DNA from: an uncultured Chromatiaceae bacterium
GTDB lineage: Bacteria > Pseudomonadota > Gammaproteobacteria > DRLM01
Assembly (NCBI GenBank): GCA_945787555.1
Contig: CALZJG010000155.1
Coordinates: 24,015-88,014, forward strand
Direction of reading: 5' to 3'
DNA length: 64,000 nucleotides
Below are positions 45,132-55,103 of the stretch, piece after piece (the first letter of the stretch is position 1; each line of letters begins with the position of its first letter). The notes beneath the pieces were generated by a model that saw only the letters and a list, made by a program, of their open reading frames with translations, did not search any database and was not told the origin of the DNA. A program made the position numbers and the translations under genes.

Positions 45132-46018
45132 AATATCGCATCAATCATCAGACCGTCTATACCTACGATCAGGCGGTGACGAGTTGTCACAACGAAGCGC
45201 ACCTTATCCCGCGTAATAGTCCGCGCCAGCATTGCCTTAGTCATCGCATCGACATCGATCCCGCGCCGGGCTATCGCACCGAGCGCGAGGATTTTTTCGG
45301 CAATCTCGTTATCTATTTCGCCATCGAAGATAGGCACGAGCGCTTGGTCGTCACCTCCACCAGCGAGGTCATGCTAGAAACTTCGCCCGCACAACTCCCG
45401 CTGCGCTCGGATAGACCCTGGCAGGAGGCCGCGCGGCGTATCCATGAGGAGCTTACCCCCGCCAACCTGGATGCCTGTCAATACTTGACTGATTCACCTA
45501 AGGCCGAAGTGACCTCCGAGATCAAGCGCTACGCGGCGCCGTCCTTTCGGCTGCGGCGCCCGGTTGCCGAAGTGGTGCACGATTTGATGACGCGCATCCA
45601 TCATGATTTCAGCTACGATCCAGGTTTTACCACGATCGCTACACCGCTCTCAGAGGTGTTGGAGCATCGCCGTGGCGTGTGCCAAGATTTCGCGCACCTC
45701 GCCATCGCTTGCTTGCGCAGTCACGGTTTGCCGGCGCGTTACATCTCCGGCTACATCGAAACCCGGCCGCCGCCCGGGCAAGCCAAGTTACAGGGCGCCG
45801 ATGCTTCGCATGCCTGGTTCGCGGTTTACGATCCCGACGCCGGTTGGTTGGACTATGACCCCACGAACAACCAAGTGCCCATCGACCGCCACATCACCGT
45901 CGCCTGGGGTCGCGATTATTCCGACATCAGCCCCCTCAAAGGCGTCATCTACGGTGGCGGCGCCCACCATCGTGCCGAAGTCGCCGTGGATGTGGCGGCC
46001 TTGGCTGAGAATTACTAA
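45128..46018 (+). CDS. Transglutaminase family protein
   Basis: GVCQDFAH, ARYISGY, ASHAW, YDPTN, AWGRDYSDISP; ATGA overlap. Confidence 0.93.
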   Translation: MKYRINHQTVYTYDQAVTSCHNEAHLIPRNSPRQHCLSHRIDIDPAPGYRTEREDFFGNLVIYFAIEDRHERLVVTSTSEVMLETSPAQLPLRSDRPWQEAARRIHEELTPANLDACQYLTDSPKAEVTSEIKRYAAPSFRLRRPVAEVVHDLMTRIHHDFSYDPGFTTIATPLSEVLEHRRGVCQDFAHLAIACLRSHGLPARYISGYIETRPPPGQAKLQGADASHAWFAVYDPDAGWLDYDPTNNQVPIDRHITVAWGRDYSDISPLKGVIYGGGAHHRAEVAVDVAALAENY

Positions 46019-46308
46019 ATCGACGTTGCATAGTTCTTCAGCCACGCGCGAACTTGATCGATAACGACTTTCTTCGCGACCCGAGCATCGGGTGCAGCGC
46101 GGCTGTCTAGATTAAAGGGTTGCAGCCTTTATCATCGGGAGAGGCGCTCGCTCAGCGCCGCATTGCCGCGCGTTGGAGTGTGGTAACGCGCCCTAGTCGC
46201 CAGAGACACACCCAGATTGTTGATCAGGATAGCGTCGATCTTGTTGCGGTGGCTACGCCGCAAACGCATGTATTGGGACTCGGCACGGGGTGTCGCGGTC
46301 GCCTGCCT

Positions 46309-47127
46309 TTACTTGCCCCCTTGCGGGGCGTGTTGTTGTCGCATCTGTTCCAAGTGTTGCTGCATTTGCTCTTGCATACGCTGCATACTTTGTTCGTCCA
46401 TGGGTAGGCCCTCCATGCCCTCGGGCATGCCGCGCATCGCCCCCTGCATCATTTCCTCGGGTGTGGTGCGAGCATAGTCGGCAGGCAGCGTGAAAGTGTC
46501 GGCGGGAAATTCGGCCTGTGCTTGGATACGCTGTATTTCGTGCAGCACCTGGCCGGCGCTGTCTGTGACACGCAGCGGCAAGCCCAGCTTGGCGTACTGG
46601 TCCTCCGCCAGGACTTCCGCCACTGCGCAGGGTTCGTCGGCCAGCTCTTCTTGCAGGACCGCTTGCTGGGACTGCGTGTAGGCGTTCATGGCGTGGATGA
46701 AGCGCACCAGATCGGGGTTCTTGAGGGTCCGGGAGGCGACATAGTGCTCGCCACAGGTCTCAGCGCCGGCGCTGAGACGGTAGCGGTCGGTGGCGTGGCC
46801 GGCGAGGTCCGGGCCTTTACCGACCTTGATGAAGCTGAGCTTCACGCCCGGGTCGCGGGATTTAGCGGTAGGTTCGGTGGGCGGCGGCATATTCAGATCG
46901 ATGATTTGGCGCTCGGCATGGCTCACCGCGTGCACCCGCTGGGTCTTCATGTCCAACAGCAAGTAGTCATCAGCGCCGCCGCCTTCGATGCGTGCCAGGT
47001 CGCCTTGTATGAGTATCCGGTGGGTGAGTCCTTCCTCATCGACTCCTTCAACTAAGGTGGCGGTCCAGCCAGGAGCGGCGATGAATGTCCCAATGACGGC
47101 GACGGCGGCATGGAGATGATGGCGCAT
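46309..47127 (-). CDS. Secreted DUF4412-like protein with Met/Gln-rich tail
   Basis: Signal peptide MRHHLHAAVAVIG; YLLLDMK, G....GHATDRY, GLPLR, F.LPADY. Confidence 0.7.
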   Translation of the reverse strand: MRHHLHAAVAVIGTFIAAPGWTATLVEGVDEEGLTHRILIQGDLARIEGGGADDYLLLDMKTQRVHAVSHAERQIIDLNMPPPTEPTAKSRDPGVKLSFIKVGKGPDLAGHATDRYRLSAGAETCGEHYVASRTLKNPDLVRFIHAMNAYTQSQQAVLQEELADEPCAVAEVLAEDQYAKLGLPLRVTDSAGQVLHEIQRIQAQAEFPADTFTLPADYARTTPEEMMQGAMRGMPEGMEGLPMDEQSMQRMQEQMQQHLEQMRQQHAPQGGK

Positions 47128-47559
47128 GGGATAGCCCTCGTGCGGAAACGGCATTAAGTGTATTACGGCTAATTGTAGCAGTCGTTTGGCCAGGGCAGCG
47201 TGGTGGGCGGCTCGGCCAGCAAACCGATACTCTGCAGAGGCGGGGAGTACGCGTCGGGTTGCGGTTCTAGCCAGGGGCGTTGCATCGGAGTCAGATCGTC
47301 CTGAGAGGTGCCGGGGACGTCGAGGGATTCGCAATCCAATTGCAGGTGACGCCCATCGTGGGGTGCGACTTGATAGCGGTCGCTGTGCGTGTCGACCTGC
47401 CGCCAACCGGCCGGGGCGGAGGCTGTCGGGCGCCGCAAATCTCCGAGGTGCAAGGGTGGGATTCGATCGACTGAAACCAGCGTCGAGCTCGTTGGCTCTA
47501 GCCGCAGGGCGATCCTCAGGGTGGACAGGAATCCGAGTCTACGGCGTGCCAAATGGCAC

Positions 47560-48918
47560 TTAGGTGCTGGGTAGGCTCACGGTGATGCGCGCGCCGTTCC
47601 AGCGACTACGGCCGAGGGTCAGTTTGCCGTCGTAGAGTTGCACTATGTCTTGCACGATGGCCAGGCCGATGCCATGGCCGGGGGTGGCAGGGTCGTGGCG
47701 TACGCCGCGCTGCAGTGCTTCGCGTGCCAGAGCCGCGTCGATGCCGGGGCCGTCGTCTTCCACTTGCAGCTCCAACTCGGGGTGAGTCTCACCGGGAACG
47801 ACGCGTGCCGAAACCGCGACTTGCTGACGTGACCACTTGTAGGCGTTGTCCATGAGATTGCCCAGCAGCTCCAATAGGTCGCCTTCGTCGCCGTGGAACA
47901 GCACCCCTTCGGCGGCGTTGAGGTGACATTGCACATGCTTGTCGGCGTACACCTTGTTGAGCGAGGCCTGCATTTTGGTGGCGATGCGGCTCACCGCCAC
48001 CGGTGCGGCCAACGGGAAGCGGCCCGAAGTGGCGGCGCGCTGCAATTGATAATCGACGATTTCATTCATGCGTTGCACTTGCTCGCTGATGACGTCGTTG
48101 AGACCTTCGCAGCTGGGGTTGCCCAGCGAGCCGCGTAATACCGCCAGCGGCGTCTTCAGGCTGTGCGCCAAGTCACTCAAGGTATGGCGATAGCGTTCCA
48201 GGTGATCGCGCTGGCTGGTGAGCAGCGCGTTGATGTTATCAGTGAGAGTGCGCATTTCCTTGGGGTAGCGGCCTTCGAGCTGATGCTGTTGTCCCGCTTC
48301 GATGCCGGATAGATCGGTCGCCACCTCGCGCATCGGCGCCAGGCTCCAGCGCAACACACCGCCCATCACGGCCAACAACACCAGCGCGGCGCTGCCCAGC
48401 CAACCCAACAGGCGTCCGCGAAAATCGCTCACTTGGGCGTAATAGCCGGCCATGTCCTCGGCCACCGAGAAGGTGTAGCCCTCGCTGGCCTCCTCACTCA
48501 AGTCCCAAGTCACGCCTAGGCCGAAGGCATATAGTTCCTTGCCGTCCGCCGCGAGCAAGCGTTGATAGCGGTCCGCGCCCGAGCTGAGGCCCGAGAGCAA
48601 GGCGGTGTTAAGGCCGGACATGGAGGGCGATTGCCAGCGCTGGCGGCCGTTGTTGCTGCTGACTTCGGCATAGAGGCCACTGCCGGGTGAGGCATAGCGC
48701 GATTCGGGCAAGGAGGCCGGCATATGGAGTTGGCCGTCCTCGCCGAGTTGTTCGGCGGCGGCGATCAGTCCCACCGCGTGGGCTTGTAAGCGTGACTTGA
48801 GGGCTTCCTCGGCACTATCGCCGAAGGCGCGATCCAAGGCGTAGCTGGTCAGACTCAGGAACGCGGCGAGGACGACACTGCCCGCCAACAGCAGGCGGCT
48901 GGTGAGCGAGAGGATCAA
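47560..48918 (-). CDS. PhoQ/CarS-like sensor histidine kinase
   Basis: Two TMs, HAMP, DLAHSLKTPLA, GNLMDNAYKW, VEDDGPGI, GHGIGLAIV. Confidence 0.9.
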   Translation of the reverse strand: MILSLTSRLLLAGSVVLAAFLSLTSYALDRAFGDSAEEALKSRLQAHAVGLIAAAEQLGEDGQLHMPASLPESRYASPGSGLYAEVSSNNGRQRWQSPSMSGLNTALLSGLSSGADRYQRLLAADGKELYAFGLGVTWDLSEEASEGYTFSVAEDMAGYYAQVSDFRGRLLGWLGSAALVLLAVMGGVLRWSLAPMREVATDLSGIEAGQQHQLEGRYPKEMRTLTDNINALLTSQRDHLERYRHTLSDLAHSLKTPLAVLRGSLGNPSCEGLNDVISEQVQRMNEIVDYQLQRAATSGRFPLAAPVAVSRIATKMQASLNKVYADKHVQCHLNAAEGVLFHGDEGDLLELLGNLMDNAYKWSRQQVAVSARVVPGETHPELELQVEDDGPGIDAALAREALQRGVRHDPATPGHGIGLAIVQDIVQLYDGKLTLGRSRWNGARITVSLPST

Positions 48919-49598
48919 CTACCGTTCCGTTCCAGCGTCAGGCGGTAGCCACGCCCGCGCAGGGTTTCGATAGGGTTGAGCTGATTTTCGGGATCGAGCT
49001 TACGGCGCAGTCGGCCGACGAAAACTTCGATGACATTGCTGTCGCGCTCGAAATCCTGGGCGTAGATATGGTCGGTGAGGTCGCTCTTGGAGACGACTTC
49101 GCCGGCGTGCAACATGAGGTATTCAAGCACTTTGTATTCATAGGCGGTGAGTTCGATGGACGTGCCGTCGAGTGTGACGATGTGACTGGCGGTATCCAGT
49201 TCCACCGGCCCACAACGCAGCACCGGTGTCGCCCAACCGGAGGCGCGCCGCACCAGCGCACGCAAGCGGGCGAGTAATTCTTCCATTTGGAAGGGCTTGA
49301 CCAGGTAGTCGTCGGCGCCTGCCTCCAGACCCTCGACCTTTTCCTGCCAGCGCCCGCGCGCGGTGAGGATGAGTACGGGATAAGTCTTGCCGGCGCTGCG
49401 GGTGTGCTTGATGACGTCGATGCCAGAGAGTTTGGGCAGTCCCAAATCCACGATGGCAGCGTCCACCGGAAATTCCGTGGCGTAGTACACGCCCTCTTCG
49501 CCGTCCTTGGCGCTATCTACGGCATAGCCTTCCTGATGCAGGCGATCGCTGAGTTGCGAGCGTAGCGCCTCTTCGTCCTCCACCACCAGTATCCGCAT
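48915..49598 (-). CDS. PhoP-like OmpR-family response regulator
   Basis: MRILVVEDE, IVDLGLP, LTARGRWQEKVEGL, DSNVIEVFVGRLRRK, TLRGRGY. Confidence 0.93.
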   Translation of the reverse strand: MRILVVEDEEALRSQLSDRLHQEGYAVDSAKDGEEGVYYATEFPVDAAIVDLGLPKLSGIDVIKHTRSAGKTYPVLILTARGRWQEKVEGLEAGADDYLVKPFQMEELLARLRALVRRASGWATPVLRCGPVELDTASHIVTLDGTSIELTAYEYKVLEYLMLHAGEVVSKSDLTDHIYAQDFERDSNVIEVFVGRLRRKLDPENQLNPIETLRGRGYRLTLERNGS

Positions 49599-49648
49599 GG
49601 TTGCTCCAATTTTAGGGCGAGATCACGCTACAACATACCATGATTATC

Positions 49649-50194
49649 TCAATCCCAGTGGCGGCGATGGCGGTGATGACGCAGCTGGGGGCGCGCGTCT
49701 ACGCGCATCTTATGGCCCGGGTGGTACGGCAATTCAGTGCGATACCTACGCCCGTGGTGACGGTAGGTGACGTGATAACGAGTAACGCGTTCTTTGACAT
49801 GATGTACGTGCTTGACACGGCAGCGCTCAGTAACCACCGTGCGAGGCTCGTTGCTGCGATGGGCCGCGCGATGGCCGAGCGTCGCGCCGATCACGGTGCC
49901 GATTACCGTGGCGGCGTCATGGCCGCGACCGTCCCCGAACTGATGGCCGATCACACCGCCCACCACGCCGCCCAGAATGATGGGCGCGGCGTGATTGGAG
50001 CGACTGCGCTGCACCGTGGTGACTACCCGGCAGCGTTCATGAGGTGTGCGGGTGGTCACGGTGTGCACGATGGGCTGCACCGAAATTACCTTGGCATAAT
50101 CGTGATTATCATGATGTTTATGGCCGGCCATGACCCAGGAACTGACGAACAGCAAAGGCAGGGTGCTCAGAGCGAGGTATCGTGAGTGTCTCAT
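49649..50194 (-). CDS. Glycine zipper 2TM (YcfJ-like) periplasmic protein
   Basis: Signal peptide; YAKVISVQP, GGVVGGVIGHQFGDGRG..AAT..G...GA.LG, Y.VTY. Confidence 0.85.
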   Translation of the reverse strand: MRHSRYLALSTLPLLFVSSWVMAGHKHHDNHDYAKVISVQPIVHTVTTRTPHERCRVVTTVQRSRSNHAAPIILGGVVGGVIGHQFGDGRGHDAATVIGTVIGATLGHRAAHRSNEPRTVVTERCRVKHVHHVKERVTRYHVTYRHHGRRYRTELPYHPGHKMRVDARPQLRHHRHRRHWD

Positions 50195-50261
50195 GGCGGT
50201 ACTCCTTCTGTTGTTGTACGAATTTAGATTAGGAGTGGCGCGCTGAATCGGTGCTGAACCG

Positions 50262-50290
50262 AAAAAAAAGGCGCGCCGTAGCGCGCCCTT
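50262..50290 (-). terminator. Intrinsic terminator of the cytochrome c gene
   Basis: A8 run followed by GGCGCGC-cgta-GCGCGCC. Confidence 0.85.
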
Positions 50291-50307
50291 AGAGGGGAGG
50301 GTCGTTG

Positions 50308-50637
50308 TTATTGAGCTAAGCCGAGGACAAAGTCCACCAGCGTTTCGATGTCGGCGTCGGCGACACGGGGTGAGTAGGGGGGCATGGGCACGCCGCCGGT
50401 CACCTCGGTCCAATTACCTTTGCCGCCCTTCTTCACTTTTTCGATCAGCGAGGCGCGGGCGTCGGCATCGCCTTTGTATTTGGCGGACACGTCACCCCAG
50501 GCGGGGCCAACGACTTTCTTGTCCACGGCGTGGCAAGCTAAGCAACCGCTTTTCTTGGCCAGATCCAGGTCGGCCTGAGCCGTAGTGGCCACGAAGGGTA
50601 GGGCCGCGATGGCCAGGGTCAAAGCAAATTTCTTCAT
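50308..50637 (-). CDS. Soluble periplasmic cytochrome c551/c552 (class I)
   Basis: Signal peptide, CLACH, VGPAW, distal Met in PMPP. Confidence 0.93.
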   Translation of the reverse strand: MKKFALTLAIAALPFVATTAQADLDLAKKSGCLACHAVDKKVVGPAWGDVSAKYKGDADARASLIEKVKKGGKGNWTEVTGGVPMPPYSPRVADADIETLVDFVLGLAQ

Positions 50638-50710
50638 TACTCTCTCCTTTTCTGTCTGTGGTCAGTGGCGGCCGGTGTGTGGACGCGCCATGAATTGTGC
50701 ACAATTCCCA

Positions 50711-50745
50711 CGCCTGACTGCCGCAAGCTTGCCGGTAGTCAGGCG
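50711..50745. repeat. 13-bp inverted repeat in the divergent promoter region
   Basis: CGCCTGACTGCCG...CGGTAGTCAGGCG (one G-T pair). Confidence 0.6.
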
Positions 50746-50932
50746 AGTATCAAGATAACGTTTCCTGTCTGAACCGATCCTGAATGCCATTGATTGCTCG
50801 CGGGATGGCTATAACTTATCGAAAGGTAAGGAATTAATTCGCAGCGCGGAGCTCAAGACCTGAGCCCGAGTACCGATAAACTTAGGCCCTCCCGTGGTGG
50901 GCGCGCAGATAAATACCAGGCACGGAGTCCGT

Positions 50933-52564
50933 ATGCGTTATCTCTTGCCCCGCTGGGTTTTGGCCCTAAGCATCCAGTGGAAGTTGCAGATTGGGTTCTT
51001 CTTGGTCGCCATGGCGACCATCCTCATCCATCGCGTGCTGAGTTATGGTGAGATGCAGCAGCTCATCGCCATCGCCAAGCAGGGCGGTACAGCGCCACAG
51101 GTCATCGCGCACCTGGAAGAGCGTCTAGACAGTTACGTGGTGGACGCTCTGTGGCAATCGGGCTTGGAGTTCGTGGCGCTGTTTCTTGTCATTTCGCTGT
51201 TGGTGAAAATCTTTGTGGCGCCTATCAAAGCGCTATCTCGTGCCTTGGAGGCGATCGATAAAGGCGATCTCACTCGCGCAGTGGAAAATCATTCACTGGA
51301 TGAGTTGGGCATTTTGGAATGTCGCTACAACGCCATGCTGTCGAATCTCACCACTGTGATTCGCAACTTGCAGGTCAACAGCAAGCAGATGGCTCAATCG
51401 GCCTATCAAGTGGCGATAATTTCGCACGAAACCGCCAAAGTGAGTAAGGCTGAACACAGCCGTTCGGACCAAGTCTCCGACGTTACGGAGGGGTTGCGTA
51501 CCGTGGCTACCTCGGTGCAGGCCTTGGCGCAAGAGGCGAGTGGGCGTGCCCAGCGGACCCAGGAGTGTGCCCAGCAGGGGATCAAGACTGTGCAACGCAA
51601 TATTGATGAAATGACCCGCACGGTGACAGATGTGAACCGCACCGCCGATGAAGTCACCGCCTTGCAACAAGCAGCGCATGAAATCTACGAGATCATCAAC
51701 ACCATCCAAACGATTGCCGAGCAGACCAATTTATTGGCCCTCAACGCCGCCATCGAGGCAGCGCGCGCTGGCGAGGGGGGGCGTGGTTTCGCCGTGGTGG
51801 CTGACGAGGTGCGCAGCTTGGCGGCGCGCACAACGCAATCCACCGCTCAAATATCCACCATCATCAACGGACTCAATGCGCGTGTGGGTGCGGTGGTGCA
51901 GACCATAGGCGAGGTAGTGGGACGGGTGCATGCCAGTCAGGAAACGGCGCGTGATACCTCCGGCGTGTTCGACCAGATGATGGGTGAGATCGAGGCCACA
52001 TCCGTGGCCAACCGGCGAATAGCCGTCGCCGGCGGTAATCAGATGGAACAAATCGGTTTATTACGTGGCGGCCTGGACCAGCTGTTCGGTACGTTCAAGG
52101 AAAATGCCACTAAGGTGGAAACCACGGCCACCATCGGTGAGGATCTGTATCGCACTTCCGAATCTATGAATGGGCTGCTGGCGAAATTCCGATATACGCC
52201 ACAAGAGACGATAGATGTGAGCGACAACGAAAAACGTAATGCTCCGCGCTTCCCCAACTATTTGCGCGTGGATCTACAGCAAGGGGGGGTTTCCTATGAA
52301 ACCGTGTGCCGCGACTTGAGTATGACCGGCATGCGCTTGCGCACCAAGGCGCCCCTGGACGCAGGCGCGCCCATACAGCTGGCTGTCTACCTGCCCTACG
52401 AGAATCTCAGCGATTACGAGCGTCAGCAACCCATCACCCTCAAGGGGCGTATTGCCTGGCAACGTCAGGATCAGCGCGGTTATGGTTGCGGTGTGCAGTT
52501 TGAGGGAGCGACGTCGGTGCAGACGCACAAGCTCACCGAGGCCTTTCGATACTTCAACAAGTAG
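50933..52564 (+). CDS. Methyl-accepting chemotaxis protein with C-terminal PilZ domain
   Basis: Two TMs, [41 protein letters not shown]; PilZ motifs EKRNAPR and DLSMTG. Confidence 0.9.
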   Translation: MRYLLPRWVLALSIQWKLQIGFFLVAMATILIHRVLSYGEMQQLIAIAKQGGTAPQVIAHLEERLDSYVVDALWQSGLEFVALFLVISLLVKIFVAPIKALSRALEAIDKGDLTRAVENHSLDELGILECRYNAMLSNLTTVIRNLQVNSKQMAQSAYQVAIISHETAKVSKAEHSRSDQVSDVTEGLRTVATSVQALAQEASGRAQRTQECAQQGIKTVQRNIDEMTRTVTDVNRTADEVTALQQAAHEIYEIINTIQTIAEQTNLLALNAAIEAARAGEGGRGFAVVADEVRSLAARTTQSTAQISTIINGLNARVGAVVQTIGEVVGRVHASQETARDTSGVFDQMMGEIEATSVANRRIAVAGGNQMEQIGLLRGGLDQLFGTFKENATKVETTATIGEDLYRTSESMNGLLAKFRYTPQETIDVSDNEKRNAPRFPNYLRVDLQQGGVSYETVCRDLSMTGMRLRTKAPLDAGAPIQLAVYLPYENLSDYERQQPITLKGRIAWQRQDQRGYGCGVQFEGATSVQTHKLTEAFRYFNK

Positions 52565-52735
52565 CCTGACTACGAACAGGCCGCCGCACTGAGTGCGGCG
52601 TGATCACCGCCGTGCGGGGAGCTATACTCTGCATCGTCATCAGTCTCTTCTAGTTGCCCCTATGCCCCTCTCGTAGGGGAGGGTTTCGGGAGAGCTGGCC
52701 TAAGGGCACCATCCGTATTGCGAAAGGCGGCGGCA

Positions 52736-53935
52736 GTGAGAATCGGTACACCATTGAGTCCCAGCGCCACGCGCGTGATGTTCCTCGGCGCGGGTGAATT
52801 AGGCAAAGAAGTCATCATCTCGTTGCAGCGGCTCGGTGTGGAGGTTATCGCCGTCGATCGTTATCCCAATGCGCCCGGACAGCAAGTCGCGCACCGCGCC
52901 CATGTCATCGACATGACCGATGCACGTGCCTTGCGCGAATTGGTGGAGCGCGAGCGGCCGCACTTGATCGTACCGGAAATCGAAGCCATCGCCACCGATG
53001 CCTTATTGGACATTGAGCGCGAGCGTCTGGCCGAGATCATTCCCACTGCGCGGGCCACCCGCTTGACCATGGATCGTGAGGGGATACGACGGCTGGCGGC
53101 GGAAGAATTGGAATTGCGCACCTCCAATTACGCCTTCGCCGGCAGCCTCAATGAACTTAAGGCCGCTATTGACGGCGCTATTGGCTATCCCTGTTTCATC
53201 AAGCCGGTGATGTCTTCCTCGGGCAAGGGCCAGTCAATGATCAACGATCCATCGGAAGTCGCCGCAGCGTGGGAATATGCACTGAGTGCCGGCCGCGTGA
53301 CATGCCCGCGGGTGATTGTCGAGTCAAAGATCGACTTCGACTTCGAGATCACCTTGCTCACCGTGCGAGCACGCGGTGCGGAGGGTGAAATCGCAACGCA
53401 TTACTGCGAGCCCATCGGTCATGTGCAGGTCCAGGGCGATTATGTCGAAAGTTGGCAGCCGCAGCACATGAGCCCCCAGGCGTTGCAACGGGCGCGTGAC
53501 ATCGCCGGGCGTATCACCGCTAACTTGGGCGGATGTGGCCTATTCGGCGTGGAATTGTTCGTGCGCGATGAGCAAGTGTGGTTCAGTGAAGTCAGTCCGC
53601 GCCCGCATGATACCGGGATGGTGACGATGGCCAGTCAAGTAGTTAGTGAATTCGAGTTACACGCCCGCGCCATACTCGGCTTACCGGTGGATGTGAGTCT
53701 GCGCGCGCCGGGCGCCAGCGCAGTGATCTACGGACAATTGGAACAAGCCGGCATCGCCTTCGAAGGCGTGGACCTGGCGCTGTGCGTGCCCGGAGTGGAT
53801 GTGCGCTTGTTCGGGAAGCCGGAGTCGTTCGCGCGCCGGCGTATGGGCGTGGTGCTGGCGCAAGGCACCGACGTGACGCAAGCACGAGGGCGGGCGCAAG
53901 AAGCCGCGGCCAAGATACGACCGGTGAGCGCTTGA
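52736..53935 (+). CDS. purT: Formate-dependent phosphoribosylglycinamide formyltransferase
   Basis: [62 protein letters not shown]. Confidence 0.96.
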   Translation: MRIGTPLSPSATRVMFLGAGELGKEVIISLQRLGVEVIAVDRYPNAPGQQVAHRAHVIDMTDARALRELVERERPHLIVPEIEAIATDALLDIERERLAEIIPTARATRLTMDREGIRRLAAEELELRTSNYAFAGSLNELKAAIDGAIGYPCFIKPVMSSSGKGQSMINDPSEVAAAWEYALSAGRVTCPRVIVESKIDFDFEITLLTVRARGAEGEIATHYCEPIGHVQVQGDYVESWQPQHMSPQALQRARDIAGRITANLGGCGLFGVELFVRDEQVWFSEVSPRPHDTGMVTMASQVVSEFELHARAILGLPVDVSLRAPGASAVIYGQLEQAGIAFEGVDLALCVPGVDVRLFGKPESFARRRMGVVLAQGTDVTQARGRAQEAAAKIRPVSA

Positions 53936-53938
53936 GCG

Positions 53939-54682
53939 ATGGGATTCGGGCTGGTCATCATTGGTGATGAGCTCCTCAGCGGCAAACGCCGCGACCGCCA
54001 TTTCGCCACTGCCATCGAATTGCTGCGGGCGCGGGGCTTGAGTTTGGTGTGGAGTCGCATCATCGGCGATGAGCCCGAATTGATCGCAAAAACCCTGCGC
54101 GATACCTACGTCTGCGACGACATCGTGTTCTGTTACGGTGGACTCGGCGCCACGCCTGATGATCACACTCGCGCCGTCGCGGCGCGTGCCGCCCAGGTCC
54201 CGCTGGTGCGACATCCTGAGGCGGTGGCTGAGATCGAGGCGCGTTTCGGGGCGGATGCCTATCCGCATCGCATCACCATGGCCGACTTGCCGCAAGGCAG
54301 TTGCATCATCCCTAACCCCTACAATCGCATTCCCGGCTTCAGTCTGGGCGATCATCATTTTCTTCCCGGTTTTCCCGAAATGGCAGCGCCGATGCTGGAG
54401 TGGGTATTGGACCAATGTTATGCGCATCTGCGCAATAATACACCGCCCATCGAGTCGAGTTTTGTCGTCATCAATGCGCGCGAAAGCGAGTTGCTCGAGT
54501 TGATGGAGGATTTCGTGGCGCGTTTTCCCTCCTGTCGCTTTTCCTGTTTACCGCAATTGCATCGTGAGGCGCCCACGTTGGCATGGGGCGTGCGCGGCGC
54601 ACAGAGTGAAGTCGAGGAGGGTGTGCGTTATCTGCAAGCGCAACTCGCCGCGCTAGGATACCGTTGGGAGGCGCAGCGCTAA
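53939..54682 (+). CDS. CinA-like molybdopterin-binding domain protein
   Basis: IIGDELLSGKRRD, GGLGATPDDHT, PNPYNRIPGF, PGFPEMA. Confidence 0.85.
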   Translation: MGFGLVIIGDELLSGKRRDRHFATAIELLRARGLSLVWSRIIGDEPELIAKTLRDTYVCDDIVFCYGGLGATPDDHTRAVAARAAQVPLVRHPEAVAEIEARFGADAYPHRITMADLPQGSCIIPNPYNRIPGFSLGDHHFLPGFPEMAAPMLEWVLDQCYAHLRNNTPPIESSFVVINARESELLELMEDFVARFPSCRFSCLPQLHREAPTLAWGVRGAQSEVEEGVRYLQAQLAALGYRWEAQR

Positions 54683-54750
54683 GTTCGAGCTTGTTCCCGT
54701 CGGTGGGGTGTACTAGAGTGAAGCCATCGCACCGTCTCAACGGAGGGAAC

Positions 54751-55092
54751 ATGAAGGTCAGAGATTTGTTGCGTGATTGGCAACAGGGCGCGAGTTCGCG
54801 TTTGACCGCGCGTGATTTTCATGTGCAGTTGCCGTTGCACGATGCGGCGCGCGTGCTGGCGCTGACCGAGTTGTTTCCGGGTCGCACCGAAACACAACTC
54901 ATCACTGAGCTACTGTCCGCCGCGTTAGATGAGTTGGAAGCGGCGTTTCCCTATGTGCCAGGCCAGGGCGTGGTATCGGAGGACGACCACGGCGACCCCA
55001 TCTACGAAGACAGTGGGTTGACACCGCGCTTCTATCGTTTGACGCAGCGTCATGTGCAAGCCTTGGAGCAAGAGTTGGCGGGGCACGATTGA
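54751..55092 (+). CDS. Conserved small protein (often labelled 'pilin assembly protein')
   Basis: MKVRDLL..W...A..RL, AARVLAL.ELFPGR, AALDELEAAFPYV.G, D..GDPIYED.G.TPRF; GGAG RBS. Confidence 0.75.
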   Translation: MKVRDLLRDWQQGASSRLTARDFHVQLPLHDAARVLALTELFPGRTETQLITELLSAALDELEAAFPYVPGQGVVSEDDHGDPIYEDSGLTPRFYRLTQRHVQALEQELAGHD

Positions 55093-55103
55093 GGCGCCCG
55101 CCG

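Noticed and set aside
47509-47526. PAS-like VHPEDR peptide on the minus strand
   Set aside because: An isolated hexapeptide just downstream of a stop codon, with no surrounding PAS features.
50807-50845. c-di-GMP-I (GEMM) riboswitch upstream of the MCP-PilZ gene
   Set aside because: CTTATC-GAAA-GGTAAG looks like the P2 GNRA stem, but the flanking GGCAAA and GACGCAAAGC pocket residues and the tetraloop receptor are absent. Only a cmscan hit to RF01051 would revive it.
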